Positions 30,254 through 40,417 are shown, counted from the stretch's first letter. The stretch: DNA of 64,000 nucleotides from Saprospiraceae bacterium (GCA_020630475.1 JAHDBI010000001.1:182973-246972), one strand, 5' to 3'. Notes: generated by a model from the letters alone, not told the origin. A program made the numbers and translations.

Positions 30254-31162
30254 TCAATTTAAAAGCCTTAAGGTATTTGTGACAAAAGTCGGAACCTGAT
30301 ATTTTGATTTTAGTTTGTTGGCAATTTCAGTGATTTCAACAATTGACATTTCACGTTTAAATAAAAGACCAATACATGTTCCACTATGGGTATTTTGAAT
30401 TCCTAAAGCACCAAATTCTTTTTTAAAATTGCTGAGTATATTTTTCCTTGTTTCACTTGGACATCTTGATAAATGGATTTCTGTTGAACGAGTAGCACAT
30501 TCAGCAATTGCAACATCATCATGTGCTTCAAAAGATTTGAGGGTGTCTTGATATAACAGATCATACTGAGCTAACGAAGACGCTGTAAAATCTAAATTAT
30601 GGTTAAAATTTACCGTATCCACCTGCCCACCCAAATCGAGAGCAACTACCCAATACTTAGGTATATACATCAAATCCTTTAGTAATTTACCTTTTCTGTG
30701 ATTATAAATAACACAGGATTTATGCATTAATCCATCATGAGGTTCTATGTCAATGAAAATATTAGAAATTGTGTTGTTACGTAATAAAAACCCAAAAACC
30801 TCTTGCAAAGCCCTAACAGTTGAAAGCATATCAGCGGTACTAGAGCTTAAGCCTTTTCCAATAGGAATATTTCGACTAAACGAAATAGTAAGTTCGAAGC
30901 CCTTAGTAACACCAAGTTTTTCTAACAACTTTTCTGAGACTTGTTTGGATTTATACAAATCACAATTAATGACTAAAGGCCCTTCTCTTTTAATACAAGT
31001 TAAATTGCATATTGACCACATGTCAATAGGTAAAGTTATTAGAAAGTCTTCACCAGACGAAAGGCGTCCTTGTACAATTTCTCCGAAACTGCTATGTGAT
31101 TTTCCATATCCGACAATTATATTGGATTGAAAAGGCATGATGTCAAGAGTATTTCTTAGCAC
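30254..31162 (-). CDS. GHMP-family kinase (PduX/threonine-kinase-like small-molecule kinase)
   Basis: 302 aa. 'SFGEIVQG'. GHMP motif 2 'PIGKGLSSSTADMLST'. The tracked start at 31162 is GTG and shares 1 nt with the upstream stop. ATG at 31138 is an alternative. Confidence 0.7.
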   Translation of the reverse strand: MLRNTLDIMPFQSNIIVGYGKSHSSFGEIVQGRLSSGEDFLITLPIDMWSICNLTCIKREGPLVINCDLYKSKQVSEKLLEKLGVTKGFELTISFSRNIPIGKGLSSSTADMLSTVRALQEVFGFLLRNNTISNIFIDIEPHDGLMHKSCVIYNHRKGKLLKDLMYIPKYWVVALDLGGQVDTVNFNHNLDFTASSLAQYDLLYQDTLKSFEAHDDVAIAECATRSTEIHLSRCPSETRKNILSNFKKEFGALGIQNTHSGTCIGLLFKREMSIVEITEIANKLKSKYQVPTFVTNTLRLLN

Positions 31163-32067
31163 TATATTAATTTATTAAGTTTTTCCATGTTTTTCCATCC
31201 AGAGTCTCCCATTATCGCAACAATGTCTCCGGATAAATTATTTCTTTTACAAGCCTGCATAGTTGCTTCAAGAACACCACCACCTTGAAATCCTACAAAT
31301 ATACCTTGGCTTGCCAATTGTTTAGTTCTCTCTTCGGCCTGATGTTGAGAAATTTTTACGGTATCATCGTATAAAGATTCATCCATCATTTTTTTAATAA
31401 AAGGAGTTATGTAGTCTCCATCGTCAAAACCACCTGTTCCTGGTATTTTAGTTCCAGGAGCAGCTTGAGAGGTTAATATTTTTATATTAGGATTTTGCTC
31501 TTTTAGATATGTTGAAACCCCACACATACTTCCTCCTGATCCCATAGAACCTGCTACTGCAGTAACGTTAGGAAACTCTTTTAGAATTTCAGGACCCAAG
31601 GTTTCATATGATGCTTTTGGGTTAGCCCAATTGTGTAACTGATCCAAGAAACAATATTTTTCAGCACCTACGGGAGTTTGTACTATTTCTGCACATTTTC
31701 TATTTCCTTCTACAGTAATGCTACCTTTAATAGTGCACTTACCCCCAAAATATTCAATGAATTGCTTTTTGTCTTGGGTTAATTTTGTGTTACAAATTAC
31801 CTCAACGTCATAACCAAGCATTTTACCATAAAAGGCTATAGCACAAGCCATATTTCCACTACTGGCATCAAGTAGAGTTTTATCTTTGGTTAATCGTCCA
31901 GAATCTATGGCATCTTGGATGTTATATAAACATGCACGATCTTTAATGCTTCCAGTAGGATTCATTCCCTCTAGCTTAATGTATATTTTGCAGTCTGGTA
32001 ACTCTTGTTGATGAAACAAAACTATAGGCGTATTGCCCACCATGTCACGAATAGAATTATAGATCAT
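31162..32067 (-). CDS. Fold-type II PLP enzyme of the cysteine synthase (CysK/CysM/SbnA) family
   Basis: 301 aa. PLP lysine 'GMNPTGSIKDRA'. 'ASSGNMACAIA'. Gly loop 'GSMGSGGSMCG'. Confidence 0.85.
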   Translation of the reverse strand: MIYNSIRDMVGNTPIVLFHQQELPDCKIYIKLEGMNPTGSIKDRACLYNIQDAIDSGRLTKDKTLLDASSGNMACAIAFYGKMLGYDVEVICNTKLTQDKKQFIEYFGGKCTIKGSITVEGNRKCAEIVQTPVGAEKYCFLDQLHNWANPKASYETLGPEILKEFPNVTAVAGSMGSGGSMCGVSTYLKEQNPNIKILTSQAAPGTKIPGTGGFDDGDYITPFIKKMMDESLYDDTVKISQHQAEERTKQLASQGIFVGFQGGGVLEATMQACKRNNLSGDIVAIMGDSGWKNMEKLNKLI

Positions 32068-32959
32068 TTCTTATTAATTTATATATGTTTGTTTTATTAA
32101 AATTTCCGCTCTTTTCTAAATAATCAAACAAGCCTTTTAAAGACTCTCGTTTTTCGTTTAAAGTGTCTTCGGGTATTTGCTTTATTTTTTTTATAATTCC
32201 AAGGAATTGATGAAAAATAGAAATTCCTTTAACGTCCATTTCTTTTAATCCCAATTCTTTCCAAATGGCGGGTAAGCTTTCTTTTCGATTAAGATCAAAC
32301 CAAAAATTGGTACTATAGTTTACCTCCTTAAATTTGGAGTCTTCAAGAACTTTGATAAAATCTTTGAACTCATTAAAGACTAAAGCCCTCAATAGAAGTG
32401 CCTCAAAATTATGCTCTGTAATTATAGCGATGCCTTCCTTTTTTAATTTAGAAATCACTTCTTTTTGGGCCAACCGTATTACATCTCCTAAATAATAGAA
32501 AACATTAATCGCTAAAAAAGCATCAATGCTACTCTCTTTTAAAGGAATCTTTTCTAAACTCGAATTAATGACCAAAACTTTATCCTCATTCCTTGTTTTT
32601 TTAAGGTGGTTACTGAGTGAAGTCAAAGGAACGTGATGTGCATCTATAGCGATAATTTTTTTAAAACCATTTCGCAACAAGTAATCGGTAAATCGCCCAT
32701 CACCACATCCAATATCTGCTATTACTGAGTTGTCGGGATCTAAATCACAGAGATAATCCTTTAATATGTTTTCATAATAAGGTGTTTCCCAATTTGATTG
32801 ATGAGAAGAAACAGAACTTAATTCTCGTAAATTGGCACCTTTTTCTTTTGTGTTATGAAAATCTACTCCAGGAGAAGAATGAATCTCACCTAGAATTATA
32901 TTGTGCTCATCGGTTTTCACCGAATGTTTTAAAATCTCATTTTTCCAGTTCTGCAACAT
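32057..32959 (-). CDS. Class I SAM-dependent methyltransferase
   Basis: 300 aa. Motif I 'IADIGCGDGRFTDYLL'. Confidence 0.8.
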   Translation of the reverse strand: MLQNWKNEILKHSVKTDEHNIILGEIHSSPGVDFHNTKEKGANLRELSSVSSHQSNWETPYYENILKDYLCDLDPDNSVIADIGCGDGRFTDYLLRNGFKKIIAIDAHHVPLTSLSNHLKKTRNEDKVLVINSSLEKIPLKESSIDAFLAINVFYYLGDVIRLAQKEVISKLKKEGIAIITEHNFEALLLRALVFNEFKDFIKVLEDSKFKEVNYSTNFWFDLNRKESLPAIWKELGLKEMDVKGISIFHQFLGIIKKIKQIPEDTLNEKRESLKGLFDYLEKSGNFNKTNIYKLIRNDL

Positions 32960-32968
32960 TAAATTTAT

Positions 32969-34171
32969 TTAATCAAATTTTATGGATACATGGTCCCTCA
33001 AGTTAGACGTCAAAAGAGTATGCATGTCATCAAAATCCTGATATTTCAGTAATAATAAACCCAATCGGCAACCGGAATTAATAAACCGATTAATTTTGTC
33101 GCCCTTTGAGATATTTACTTTTTTGTAAATAATTCTTTTTTCTATTTCATCTGAAAATGTGACCTTATTAAAGATTCCACTTTTATCAGAATGAAGAACG
33201 TAATGAGAATAACAGCCTTGAGGATTTGACTCATTGGTGTTCACAATTCCATCTCCCATACATTGTGTAAGCGAAGCGCTGATTAAATCAAATCCGGTGT
33301 GATATTGAATGATATCATTCAACATATTTCCCCCATTTCTTGCACCGATATCAATAACCATTGGATCACCGTTGGGGGTTTCAATAACATCTATATTAAA
33401 AGCACCAGTTACTATATTCAATGATTTAAAAAGCTTAGACAACTGTTTAGTTAAATTGTCAAAAAATGTTTTGTCCTTTGAAGCAGGTAGTGAAATAGAA
33501 CGAGGTACTAAACCATTTACAGATTCATTAAAATGTACATCGCCAAAACATTGAAAAACAATTTCACCGTTATCTACTAAGACATCACCAGACATGAGGA
33601 ATCCGACTCTTACTATAAATTCTTCTAGTATAATTTTATTTGCTCTTGAGAATGATAAACTATCTTCTAATAAATGAGAAACGTCGCTATCTGAATCCAC
33701 TTTGTGAATGCCTTTACTACCTGAGGAATCAACTGGTTTAACAATACAAGCATTGTTTACTTCAGACAAGAAAGCTTGAGCATCATGTGCATTCGTTACT
33801 TCAGCAAATTTTGGATATGGAATACCTAATGATTTTTGAGCTCCTCTAAAAGTAATTTTGTCAGAAAGTATTTGTATAGATTTAAAAGGATTACATTCAA
33901 GATTAAGTGCTTCTCCAACGTAGCTTGCTGTTAAAGCACTTGGGTCAGAAGCGTAGGAGGAAACACCATTAATCTTTAGTTTTTTTGATAACTCAAGAAT
34001 TCCATCTAAGTCTGTTGTACTTACGTCATGGTATTCGTCAGAATATTGATGACCTGGATTTCCAGGTAAATAGTCCGCAGTAATAACGTAATATCCTAAT
34101 TCTTTTGCGCGTTTGATAGCCGATATTTGAATATCAGAACCACCAAGCATTAATAATTTCTTTTTAGTCAT
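32969..34171 (-). CDS. ATP-grasp domain ligase
   Basis: 400 aa. Pre-ATP-grasp 'KKLLMLGGSDIQISAIKRAKELGYYVITAD'. 'CIVKPVDSSGSKGI'. Confidence 0.75.
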   Translation of the reverse strand: MTKKKLLMLGGSDIQISAIKRAKELGYYVITADYLPGNPGHQYSDEYHDVSTTDLDGILELSKKLKINGVSSYASDPSALTASYVGEALNLECNPFKSIQILSDKITFRGAQKSLGIPYPKFAEVTNAHDAQAFLSEVNNACIVKPVDSSGSKGIHKVDSDSDVSHLLEDSLSFSRANKIILEEFIVRVGFLMSGDVLVDNGEIVFQCFGDVHFNESVNGLVPRSISLPASKDKTFFDNLTKQLSKLFKSLNIVTGAFNIDVIETPNGDPMVIDIGARNGGNMLNDIIQYHTGFDLISASLTQCMGDGIVNTNESNPQGCYSHYVLHSDKSGIFNKVTFSDEIEKRIIYKKVNISKGDKINRFINSGCRLGLLLLKYQDFDDMHTLLTSNLRDHVSIKFD

Positions 34172-34195
34172 GAATTTAAAGTATTGGTAAAACCA

Positions 34196-35275
34196 CTACA
34201 GATTTTTCTTAATTAAATCACAAATCATTTCGATATTACTTTCCTCTAAAGTGTGATAAAGAGGTAGACAAATGATACTTTCTGCAACCTTGTCACTAAT
34301 AGGTGTTTTTTGTTTTACAACGTATTCTAAAGAAGATAGGGAGGGATAAAAGTATCTTCTCGGAAATACTTCAGCCTTATTTAAAGCTTCTATAATTGAT
34401 AGGGTAATATTTTCGTTTTCAAAGACAATAGGGAAATAGGAAAAATTATATGATGTATGATTTAGAATTTTTTGAAATGAAAGCTGATGCACGTTTTTAA
34501 GAGATTCTAAATATTGATTGTATTGTTTTTTTCGGTTTAATAAAATCTCATCAATATAATTTAAGTTGAGTAAACCCATACTTGCGTGAAATTCAGAATT
34601 TTTACCATTGATTCCTACTCCACTAAATTGTTCTGGTCCAGAATGTCCAAAATTCCTCATAGACATTAAAACATTATTAAGCTGAGTGTCTGTAGAAATC
34701 ATACCACCTCCCTCAATAGTATGGAATAATTTAGTCGCATGAAAACTTGTTGTACTTATATCACCATATTCGAAGACAGAACGATTGTGGTGAGTCACAG
34801 CAAAAGCATGGGCCGCATCGTATATTACTTTTAAGCCATGTTTATGAGCTATTTTTTCAATGGCCAAAACATTGCAAGGATTTCCAAAAACATGCGTTGC
34901 TAATATTGCTGAAGTTTCATCGGTTATCGCATCTTCTATTTTGTTTGGATCAATATTAAAACTATCCTTGTCTATATCAACAAATATTGGATCAAATCCT
35001 TCCCAAACAATACTACTTGTTGTTGCCACATATGAAAAAGGAGTGGTTATTATTTTTCGACCTTTTAGGTTTAAAGCCTTAATGGCTATTTGTATTGCGA
35101 TGGTGCCATTGCCAGTAAATAAGAAATTTTCAAGATTCAAATAATTTTTCAAATTAGCTTCTAAGGCTTTTACATTAGGACCGTTGTTTGTTAACCAGTT
35201 TCTTTCCCATATTCCATCTAAATATTGTTTATATGCTTCTTTTGGTGGCAAAAAGGGTTTTGTTACCGGGATCAT
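34196..35275 (-). CDS. DegT/WecE-type PLP aminotransferase (nucleotide 4-keto-6-deoxy-sugar transaminase-like)
   Basis: 359 aa. 'IPVTKPFLPP'. PLP lysine 'TSFHATKLFHTIEGGG'. Confidence 0.9.
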   Translation of the reverse strand: MIPVTKPFLPPKEAYKQYLDGIWERNWLTNNGPNVKALEANLKNYLNLENFLFTGNGTIAIQIAIKALNLKGRKIITTPFSYVATTSSIVWEGFDPIFVDIDKDSFNIDPNKIEDAITDETSAILATHVFGNPCNVLAIEKIAHKHGLKVIYDAAHAFAVTHHNRSVFEYGDISTTSFHATKLFHTIEGGGMISTDTQLNNVLMSMRNFGHSGPEQFSGVGINGKNSEFHASMGLLNLNYIDEILLNRKKQYNQYLESLKNVHQLSFQKILNHTSYNFSYFPIVFENENITLSIIEALNKAEVFPRRYFYPSLSSLEYVVKQKTPISDKVAESIICLPLYHTLEESNIEMICDLIKKNL

Positions 35276-36723
35276 AACTTAGACTTTAAATAATTTAAAC
35301 CCCGTTTTGAATTTTTAAATAAAACGGAGTTACTAAAAAAATGATAAGCTGAGCTTAGAGAAATAAAAACTATAGTTATCCAAATGATATTCAGATAATG
35401 ACTTTCAATTTGTAGGATTCCACGCAAAAACTGAATAAAAACAATGATACAAGCTAACATTCCTAGTTCTGGTAGGATTTGTAAAAATTGTTTCTTGATC
35501 TTCACGCCAATTGTTTTTTGAACAGCCCACATATTAATGGTAAAACCAATGAGCGCTAAACATAAAACGGAGATTAGAAACCAAAAAACACCGTAATAAT
35601 AGCCTACTACAAAACTTGGTAATTGGATTATCTTTTTAACCACAGATATCTGTAGAAATAATTTTGAATGCCCTAAGCCTTTAATGATATTTATCATGAT
35701 AGAACTTAACGGGTAAAATATTCCGCTAAGGATAAGTATTTGAAATAGTGGAACAGATGGCAACCATTTTTCAGTTATTAAGATCACATAAAAATCTTCA
35801 GCAATTAAGAATAGCATGCCACAAAACAAGGTGATTATTCCAGCAACAAGTTTAAGTAGCATCAAGTACGATTTCTTAACCCTTTCCTTATCGTCTTGCA
35901 TTGCGCTAAACGTCGGAAATAAAACCTTTGATAAACTTCCCGTTGACAGGGTAATAGCTGTATTTTTAAAGGACTTAGCTCGTGTGTAAAAGCCCAAACT
36001 TTCCATAGCGAAGAGTTTTCCAATAAAAAATATATCTAGTCTGGAGAAGATACCATCTACTAGAGCAGACAGCATAATGTTAGATCCATAACTAAATAGA
36101 TCCCTTATAGAATTAAAGGAGAAAACCATCTTTGGTTTCCAATTTGACTGAAGCCAAATAAAAATGGAAAGAAAAAGAGAATTACTTAATATTTGAAATA
36201 CTAAACTCCATAATCCGTAACCTGCATAAGCCATATAAATACCAATACAGCCGGAAAGCAAGGCTGAAATTGTATAAGAAATGGTTAGCTTTTTAAATTG
36301 CATTTTCTTACGAAACAAGCTAATCTGCACGGAGTTAAAACCTTTTATAATAAAAATAACACTCATTACTTTTCCAACCATGAATAAGCGCTCATCATCG
36401 AAGAAAATCGCTAATTGATTCGAAAAGAAGAATAAAATTAGCGTAAGGAGTAAGCTGATACCGAGATTAATATAAAAGACCGATGACAGCTTAGTACTGT
36501 TTAAATCTTTGCTTTGTATTATAGCACTGGAAAATCCAAAATCGACAAATATTTGGGCAAAACTACTAAGAGCAAGAATTATTCCTATTACACCGAAATC
36601 AACAGGATCTAAAATTCTTGCTAAAATTATAGATACAGTTAAGGTTACTATTTTTAAAATGTATGTACCAGCGGCATCCCATACCCAAGCAGAGAAAATT
36701 GTCTTTCTAGTTAAATCGCTCAA
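35272..36723 (-). CDS. wzx: Wzx-type repeat-unit flippase (MOP superfamily)
   Basis: 483 aa, about 12 or more hydrophobic helices. Typical N-terminus 'WVWDAAGTYILKIVTLTVSIILARIL'. Confidence 0.85.
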   Translation of the reverse strand: MSDLTRKTIFSAWVWDAAGTYILKIVTLTVSIILARILDPVDFGVIGIILALSSFAQIFVDFGFSSAIIQSKDLNSTKLSSVFYINLGISLLLTLILFFFSNQLAIFFDDERLFMVGKVMSVIFIIKGFNSVQISLFRKKMQFKKLTISYTISALLSGCIGIYMAYAGYGLWSLVFQILSNSLFLSIFIWLQSNWKPKMVFSFNSIRDLFSYGSNIMLSALVDGIFSRLDIFFIGKLFAMESLGFYTRAKSFKNTAITLSTGSLSKVLFPTFSAMQDDKERVKKSYLMLLKLVAGIITLFCGMLFLIAEDFYVILITEKWLPSVPLFQILILSGIFYPLSSIMINIIKGLGHSKLFLQISVVKKIIQLPSFVVGYYYGVFWFLISVLCLALIGFTINMWAVQKTIGVKIKKQFLQILPELGMLACIIVFIQFLRGILQIESHYLNIIWITIVFISLSSAYHFFSNSVLFKNSKRGLNYLKSKL

Positions 36724-38131
36724 ACTCGGTGTCCATATTGATTAGAGTTTCCACTACTTTGTCCGTTGCTGAAATGTCTGAGGTTGTACAGTATTGATCA
36801 ACAGTAAGTTTACGGTTGTCAAGATTAAAGTCCTTTTCATTTATGTAGCTTTTTAAGGCAACATCCAATTCGTCATAGTTCTTAACTACACTTACCCCGC
36901 GTAAGTCAACAAGCTTTTTCAAGTGTGGATAATCAATAAGCCTTCTTGCTGATTCCCAATAGTCCAACGTTGAACTTCCATCAAACGAAGTAATGATAAC
37001 AGGAACATTACACATTAAACTGTCAATAGATAAAGTACTTCCTGAATTGAGACAAATTAATGAACCTGCAATAATACTAGAAAGTCGTTCCATGTCCTCT
37101 TTCTGCATACTCCACGGAATGGAACTATCCTTCACTAAGTCTGGAAAATCGATGGCTACTTTACCTTTGTATATCTTCTTTAATCGTGGCAACCATGATA
37201 AATCTGCCATGCCACCTTGAACATTTTGCGGATGCGGGCGAACGATAAGTTGTACATCCTCACCATATTGGTTAGACTCAACTTTTTCTACTAATTTTTC
37301 AATAATATCTATCTCCTTAGGAGCAAACCTCGGAGAACTCATTCCAAAAAAGATATAAGGTTTATTCCTATCTATACCGAGTTTTTCAACATGATCACCG
37401 GAATTGGGATTGTCACGATTGCTTACATGAAGGTCAAAGTGAGGAACACCACAAGGATATATTTTCTTTTGATCAATATTATAGTATTCTATCAGTTCAT
37501 CATTCATAATAGGACCCCATGCGATGAATTCATCTGTTAATACAGGAAACCTTCCTTTACATGAAATATTGTCCCAACTTAATAAATGCGTGACGGTTTT
37601 GATTTTTGATTTTTTTGCTGCATTAAGTAAAGTTGCTTCATTAAAGTTTACCGGATAAGTAGAGATTAAAACTTTGGGTGCGATTTCTTCAATTAAATGT
37701 TCAGCAGCCTTTGATTCCAAATTTGAAGATTCTCTTTTTTCAAACCAATTTCTAAGGTTTGGCAATAGTTTAATCAAAGAATGTATAAAGTATAAGAACC
37801 TAGGACGAATAAATGCCATTGGATTCTTAGACTTGTTATATCGTGTTGCTTTAATATGCTTTTCCCAAAGCGCAGTATTGTTTTTTAAATCTTCAAAATA
37901 GTACTTTCGACTATTAATGTAGTTAGAAGACCAAAAACTACTCTTAGGTGAAAATTGATAGCATTTAACACCGACTGAGTCACAATAATTTTTTATATGT
38001 TTATCATTCTTATCAGGAACGATAAGCGCTATTTTTTTTCCTCTTGAAACTAACTTTCCTAATAAATTAGTTTGGGTAATCATTCTTGAAGCAAAACCGT
38101 GAGATGCGATATATGCGATGTCTATTGGCAT
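36707..38131 (-). CDS. Uncharacterised protein, possibly a GT-B-like transferase (candidate nonulosonate transferase)
   Basis: 474 aa intact ORF between the neuA/methyltransferase genes and wzx. Two alpha/beta-like halves ('IAYIASHGFASR...KIALIVPD', 'HLLSWDNIS'). No motif I can name. Confidence 0.35.
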   Translation of the reverse strand: MPIDIAYIASHGFASRMITQTNLLGKLVSRGKKIALIVPDKNDKHIKNYCDSVGVKCYQFSPKSSFWSSNYINSRKYYFEDLKNNTALWEKHIKATRYNKSKNPMAFIRPRFLYFIHSLIKLLPNLRNWFEKRESSNLESKAAEHLIEEIAPKVLISTYPVNFNEATLLNAAKKSKIKTVTHLLSWDNISCKGRFPVLTDEFIAWGPIMNDELIEYYNIDQKKIYPCGVPHFDLHVSNRDNPNSGDHVEKLGIDRNKPYIFFGMSSPRFAPKEIDIIEKLVEKVESNQYGEDVQLIVRPHPQNVQGGMADLSWLPRLKKIYKGKVAIDFPDLVKDSSIPWSMQKEDMERLSSIIAGSLICLNSGSTLSIDSLMCNVPVIITSFDGSSTLDYWESARRLIDYPHLKKLVDLRGVSVVKNYDELDVALKSYINEKDFNLDNRKLTVDQYCTTSDISATDKVVETLINMDTEFERFN

Positions 38132-38974
38132 TTATTTTTCACAGATTAGCAAGTAACAAAGTTCTTTTTTGTCCGTGGTCCGGAATGAAGGTGAAACAGA
38201 ATCCTTTATCTGATTATATTCTTTGATATAATCAGCTAACATTTTACGCTCTGCCTTGCTCCCTGTTTTTGTAACTTTCCAATACGGATTGTACGCAATA
38301 CATTCTACGCTTTTAAAACCTAAATCAGTACAAATGTTTTTGTAATAAGTTTTATCATATTCTGTTCGCAAAATTGAATTGGAATTAATACTTTTCTTAC
38401 CGATGATACGCTTAACAAAATGCTTTAGTATTGAAACCGGATTATATTTAATTCTTTGATGAATCGATTTTTTAAAAGGAAGTTGAGGTACAATAGGCAT
38501 AAAAGCTAAACCACCTGGAGTCAATAATCTGAGCGTCTCCTTCAAGGTTAAAGAAGGATTTTCAAAGTGTTCTAGTAAACCAATATTATAAATACAATCA
38601 AAACTAGAAGGAGCAATGTTTGTGTTTTCTACGTCCGCAAGTATCATTTTTGGTTGTGATAAGCCGTAGTGATTAAAACTATACTTGGCTACATTAAATC
38701 CCTCTTTTGCTAAATCCACCATAGTAATGTCCGTATATCCATTTTTAGATAGATACATACTGGTGGTACCTCTACCAGAACCTAATTCGCAAAAAGTAGA
38801 ATAATTTTTTCCTTCTATTAATTTTAATAAGTCATTCGCATAACCTCTCTGCCAGAATTGAAATATGGTTGTTGGAGTTTCTTCTGTATACATTTGGTTT
38901 AGTAAATCATCTTTCGATTGTTCATTCCAAATGTTGTTCCAGCCTTCGTAACTTCCTTTGTTTTTACTTTCCAT
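38132..38974 (-). CDS. Class I SAM-dependent methyltransferase
   Basis: 280 aa. Motif I 'FCELGSGRGTTSMYLSKNG'. Confidence 0.8.
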   Translation of the reverse strand: MESKNKGSYEGWNNIWNEQSKDDLLNQMYTEETPTTIFQFWQRGYANDLLKLIEGKNYSTFCELGSGRGTTSMYLSKNGYTDITMVDLAKEGFNVAKYSFNHYGLSQPKMILADVENTNIAPSSFDCIYNIGLLEHFENPSLTLKETLRLLTPGGLAFMPIVPQLPFKKSIHQRIKYNPVSILKHFVKRIIGKKSINSNSILRTEYDKTYYKNICTDLGFKSVECIAYNPYWKVTKTGSKAERKMLADYIKEYNQIKDSVSPSFRTTDKKELCYLLICEK

Positions 38975-39662
38975 TATTTTTCATTAACAAGAATTCAGCA
39001 AATTCTAGATCTAAAGGATCATTTATATCAATTGATCGTTCACGTGGCATTTTGTATCCAGAACATTTGTCCCCAATAATTCTTCCAGACTGTATTACAT
39101 GAATAGTAGAAACATAAACAGAACAATTTCTAACATATAGTTCAGGAAGTTCATGCGCGGCCATTCTTCCTTTTTCTTCCTCAATAAAAGGAAGTAAGAT
39201 ATCCTCGTGTGACAAGGTTTTCATTTTTACAGGGTGGATGGCATGGTCAAGTTTACAGACACTTACGGAAGAATCACTTTCGGTTTGAATAAGCAAGTCA
39301 ATCGTGTTATCAATATCTGCTCCTGTGGTTAAAGGAGAACTAGGTTGTATTATAACCACGAGGTCATAAGATTCTTCAAAGTTGTTAAGTGCATGTTCAA
39401 CATAAGCAATGGCCAGCGCCTTATCCCCCGAAATTTCATCAGGCCTTCTCAAAGATTCAACCTCGTTATAAGTTGACGCTATTGACAGAATCATGTCATC
39501 GTCTGAAGAAACAACAATGTGCGTTAGTAGTTTAGATTGCTTTGCCGCTTCAATGGAATAACGAACGAGTTCTTTTCCATTGAGTTTTGTTTTATTCTTA
39601 TGAGGTATTCTTTTGGATCCTCCTCGAGCTGGTATTATGCCAAGTATTTTCAAGAGAGACAA
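38964..39662 (-). CDS. neuA: Acylneuraminate (nonulosonate) cytidylyltransferase, short form
   Basis: 232 aa. 'GIIPARGGSKRIPHKN'. Confidence 0.9.
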   Translation of the reverse strand: MSLLKILGIIPARGGSKRIPHKNKTKLNGKELVRYSIEAAKQSKLLTHIVVSSDDDMILSIASTYNEVESLRRPDEISGDKALAIAYVEHALNNFEESYDLVVIIQPSSPLTTGADIDNTIDLLIQTESDSSVSVCKLDHAIHPVKMKTLSHEDILLPFIEEEKGRMAAHELPELYVRNCSVYVSTIHVIQSGRIIGDKCSGYKMPRERSIDINDPLDLEFAEFLLMKNNGK

Positions 39663-39667
39663 TAAAT

Positions 39668-40417
39668 TTACTTAAGTGTCAAAATTGAATAGTTGTTCAT
39701 ATCGCTAGCTTTCATTCTTTCTGTTTTTAAAGTCCAGTTAGAACTTGGCTTCATGTGATATTTATCTGAAATTTTTTTCTTTAAATGTGCGTATGTTGAT
39801 TTTCGATTGTCAATTAGAATGACTTTAGGATAATTAAAGTTGAGCATCTCATCCAAATCGTCCGTAAATACTTCTGCCTTAAAATCACCATCTACTAGGG
39901 TAGAAGGACCGTCAATAATTAATATGTCCAGTTGATCTTTGTAAATATCGGTATATCTAAAAACTTCAATAGGTTTTTCTTGAGACATCATTCTTTTGTT
40001 AAAGGTCATGTTTAACCTTGGACTTAAACCACCAATGCGTGAAATGATTCCTTTAGTATTTTCCATCCATTTATCTGATTCTTCAAATACAGTTACTTTT
40101 GTTTCATTGTCTTTCGACCAATGATTTAGTACGGAGGTGGTCGACCCAGAACCCAATTCTAATACAGAACTAGGTTGGTGTTTTTGGAGAATAGAATAGA
40201 TGCTTATAAGTTTATAAAGTTGAAAGTTTCGATTATATCTAAAACCTCCTCCTTTTACATATTCTTCTATTGCAAGATTAAAATAGCTCAAGGTATCTTT
40301 GTTAACCGCTTCAAAATCACGCACAATCATTTTTATCTGATTCATATTATGCTTACGCACGAAATATTCTTTGATTAAACTAGGATTTTTTAAATATCGA
40401 ATGACTGATTTAATCAT
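39668..40417 (-). CDS. Uncharacterised protein, possibly a class I methyltransferase fold
   Basis: 249 aa. 'VLELGSGSTTSVL' (motif-I-like) and 'DILIIDGP'. Weak assignment. Confidence 0.35.
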   Translation of the reverse strand: MIKSVIRYLKNPSLIKEYFVRKHNMNQIKMIVRDFEAVNKDTLSYFNLAIEEYVKGGGFRYNRNFQLYKLISIYSILQKHQPSSVLELGSGSTTSVLNHWSKDNETKVTVFEESDKWMENTKGIISRIGGLSPRLNMTFNKRMMSQEKPIEVFRYTDIYKDQLDILIIDGPSTLVDGDFKAEVFTDDLDEMLNFNYPKVILIDNRKSTYAHLKKKISDKYHMKPSSNWTLKTERMKASDMNNYSILTLK

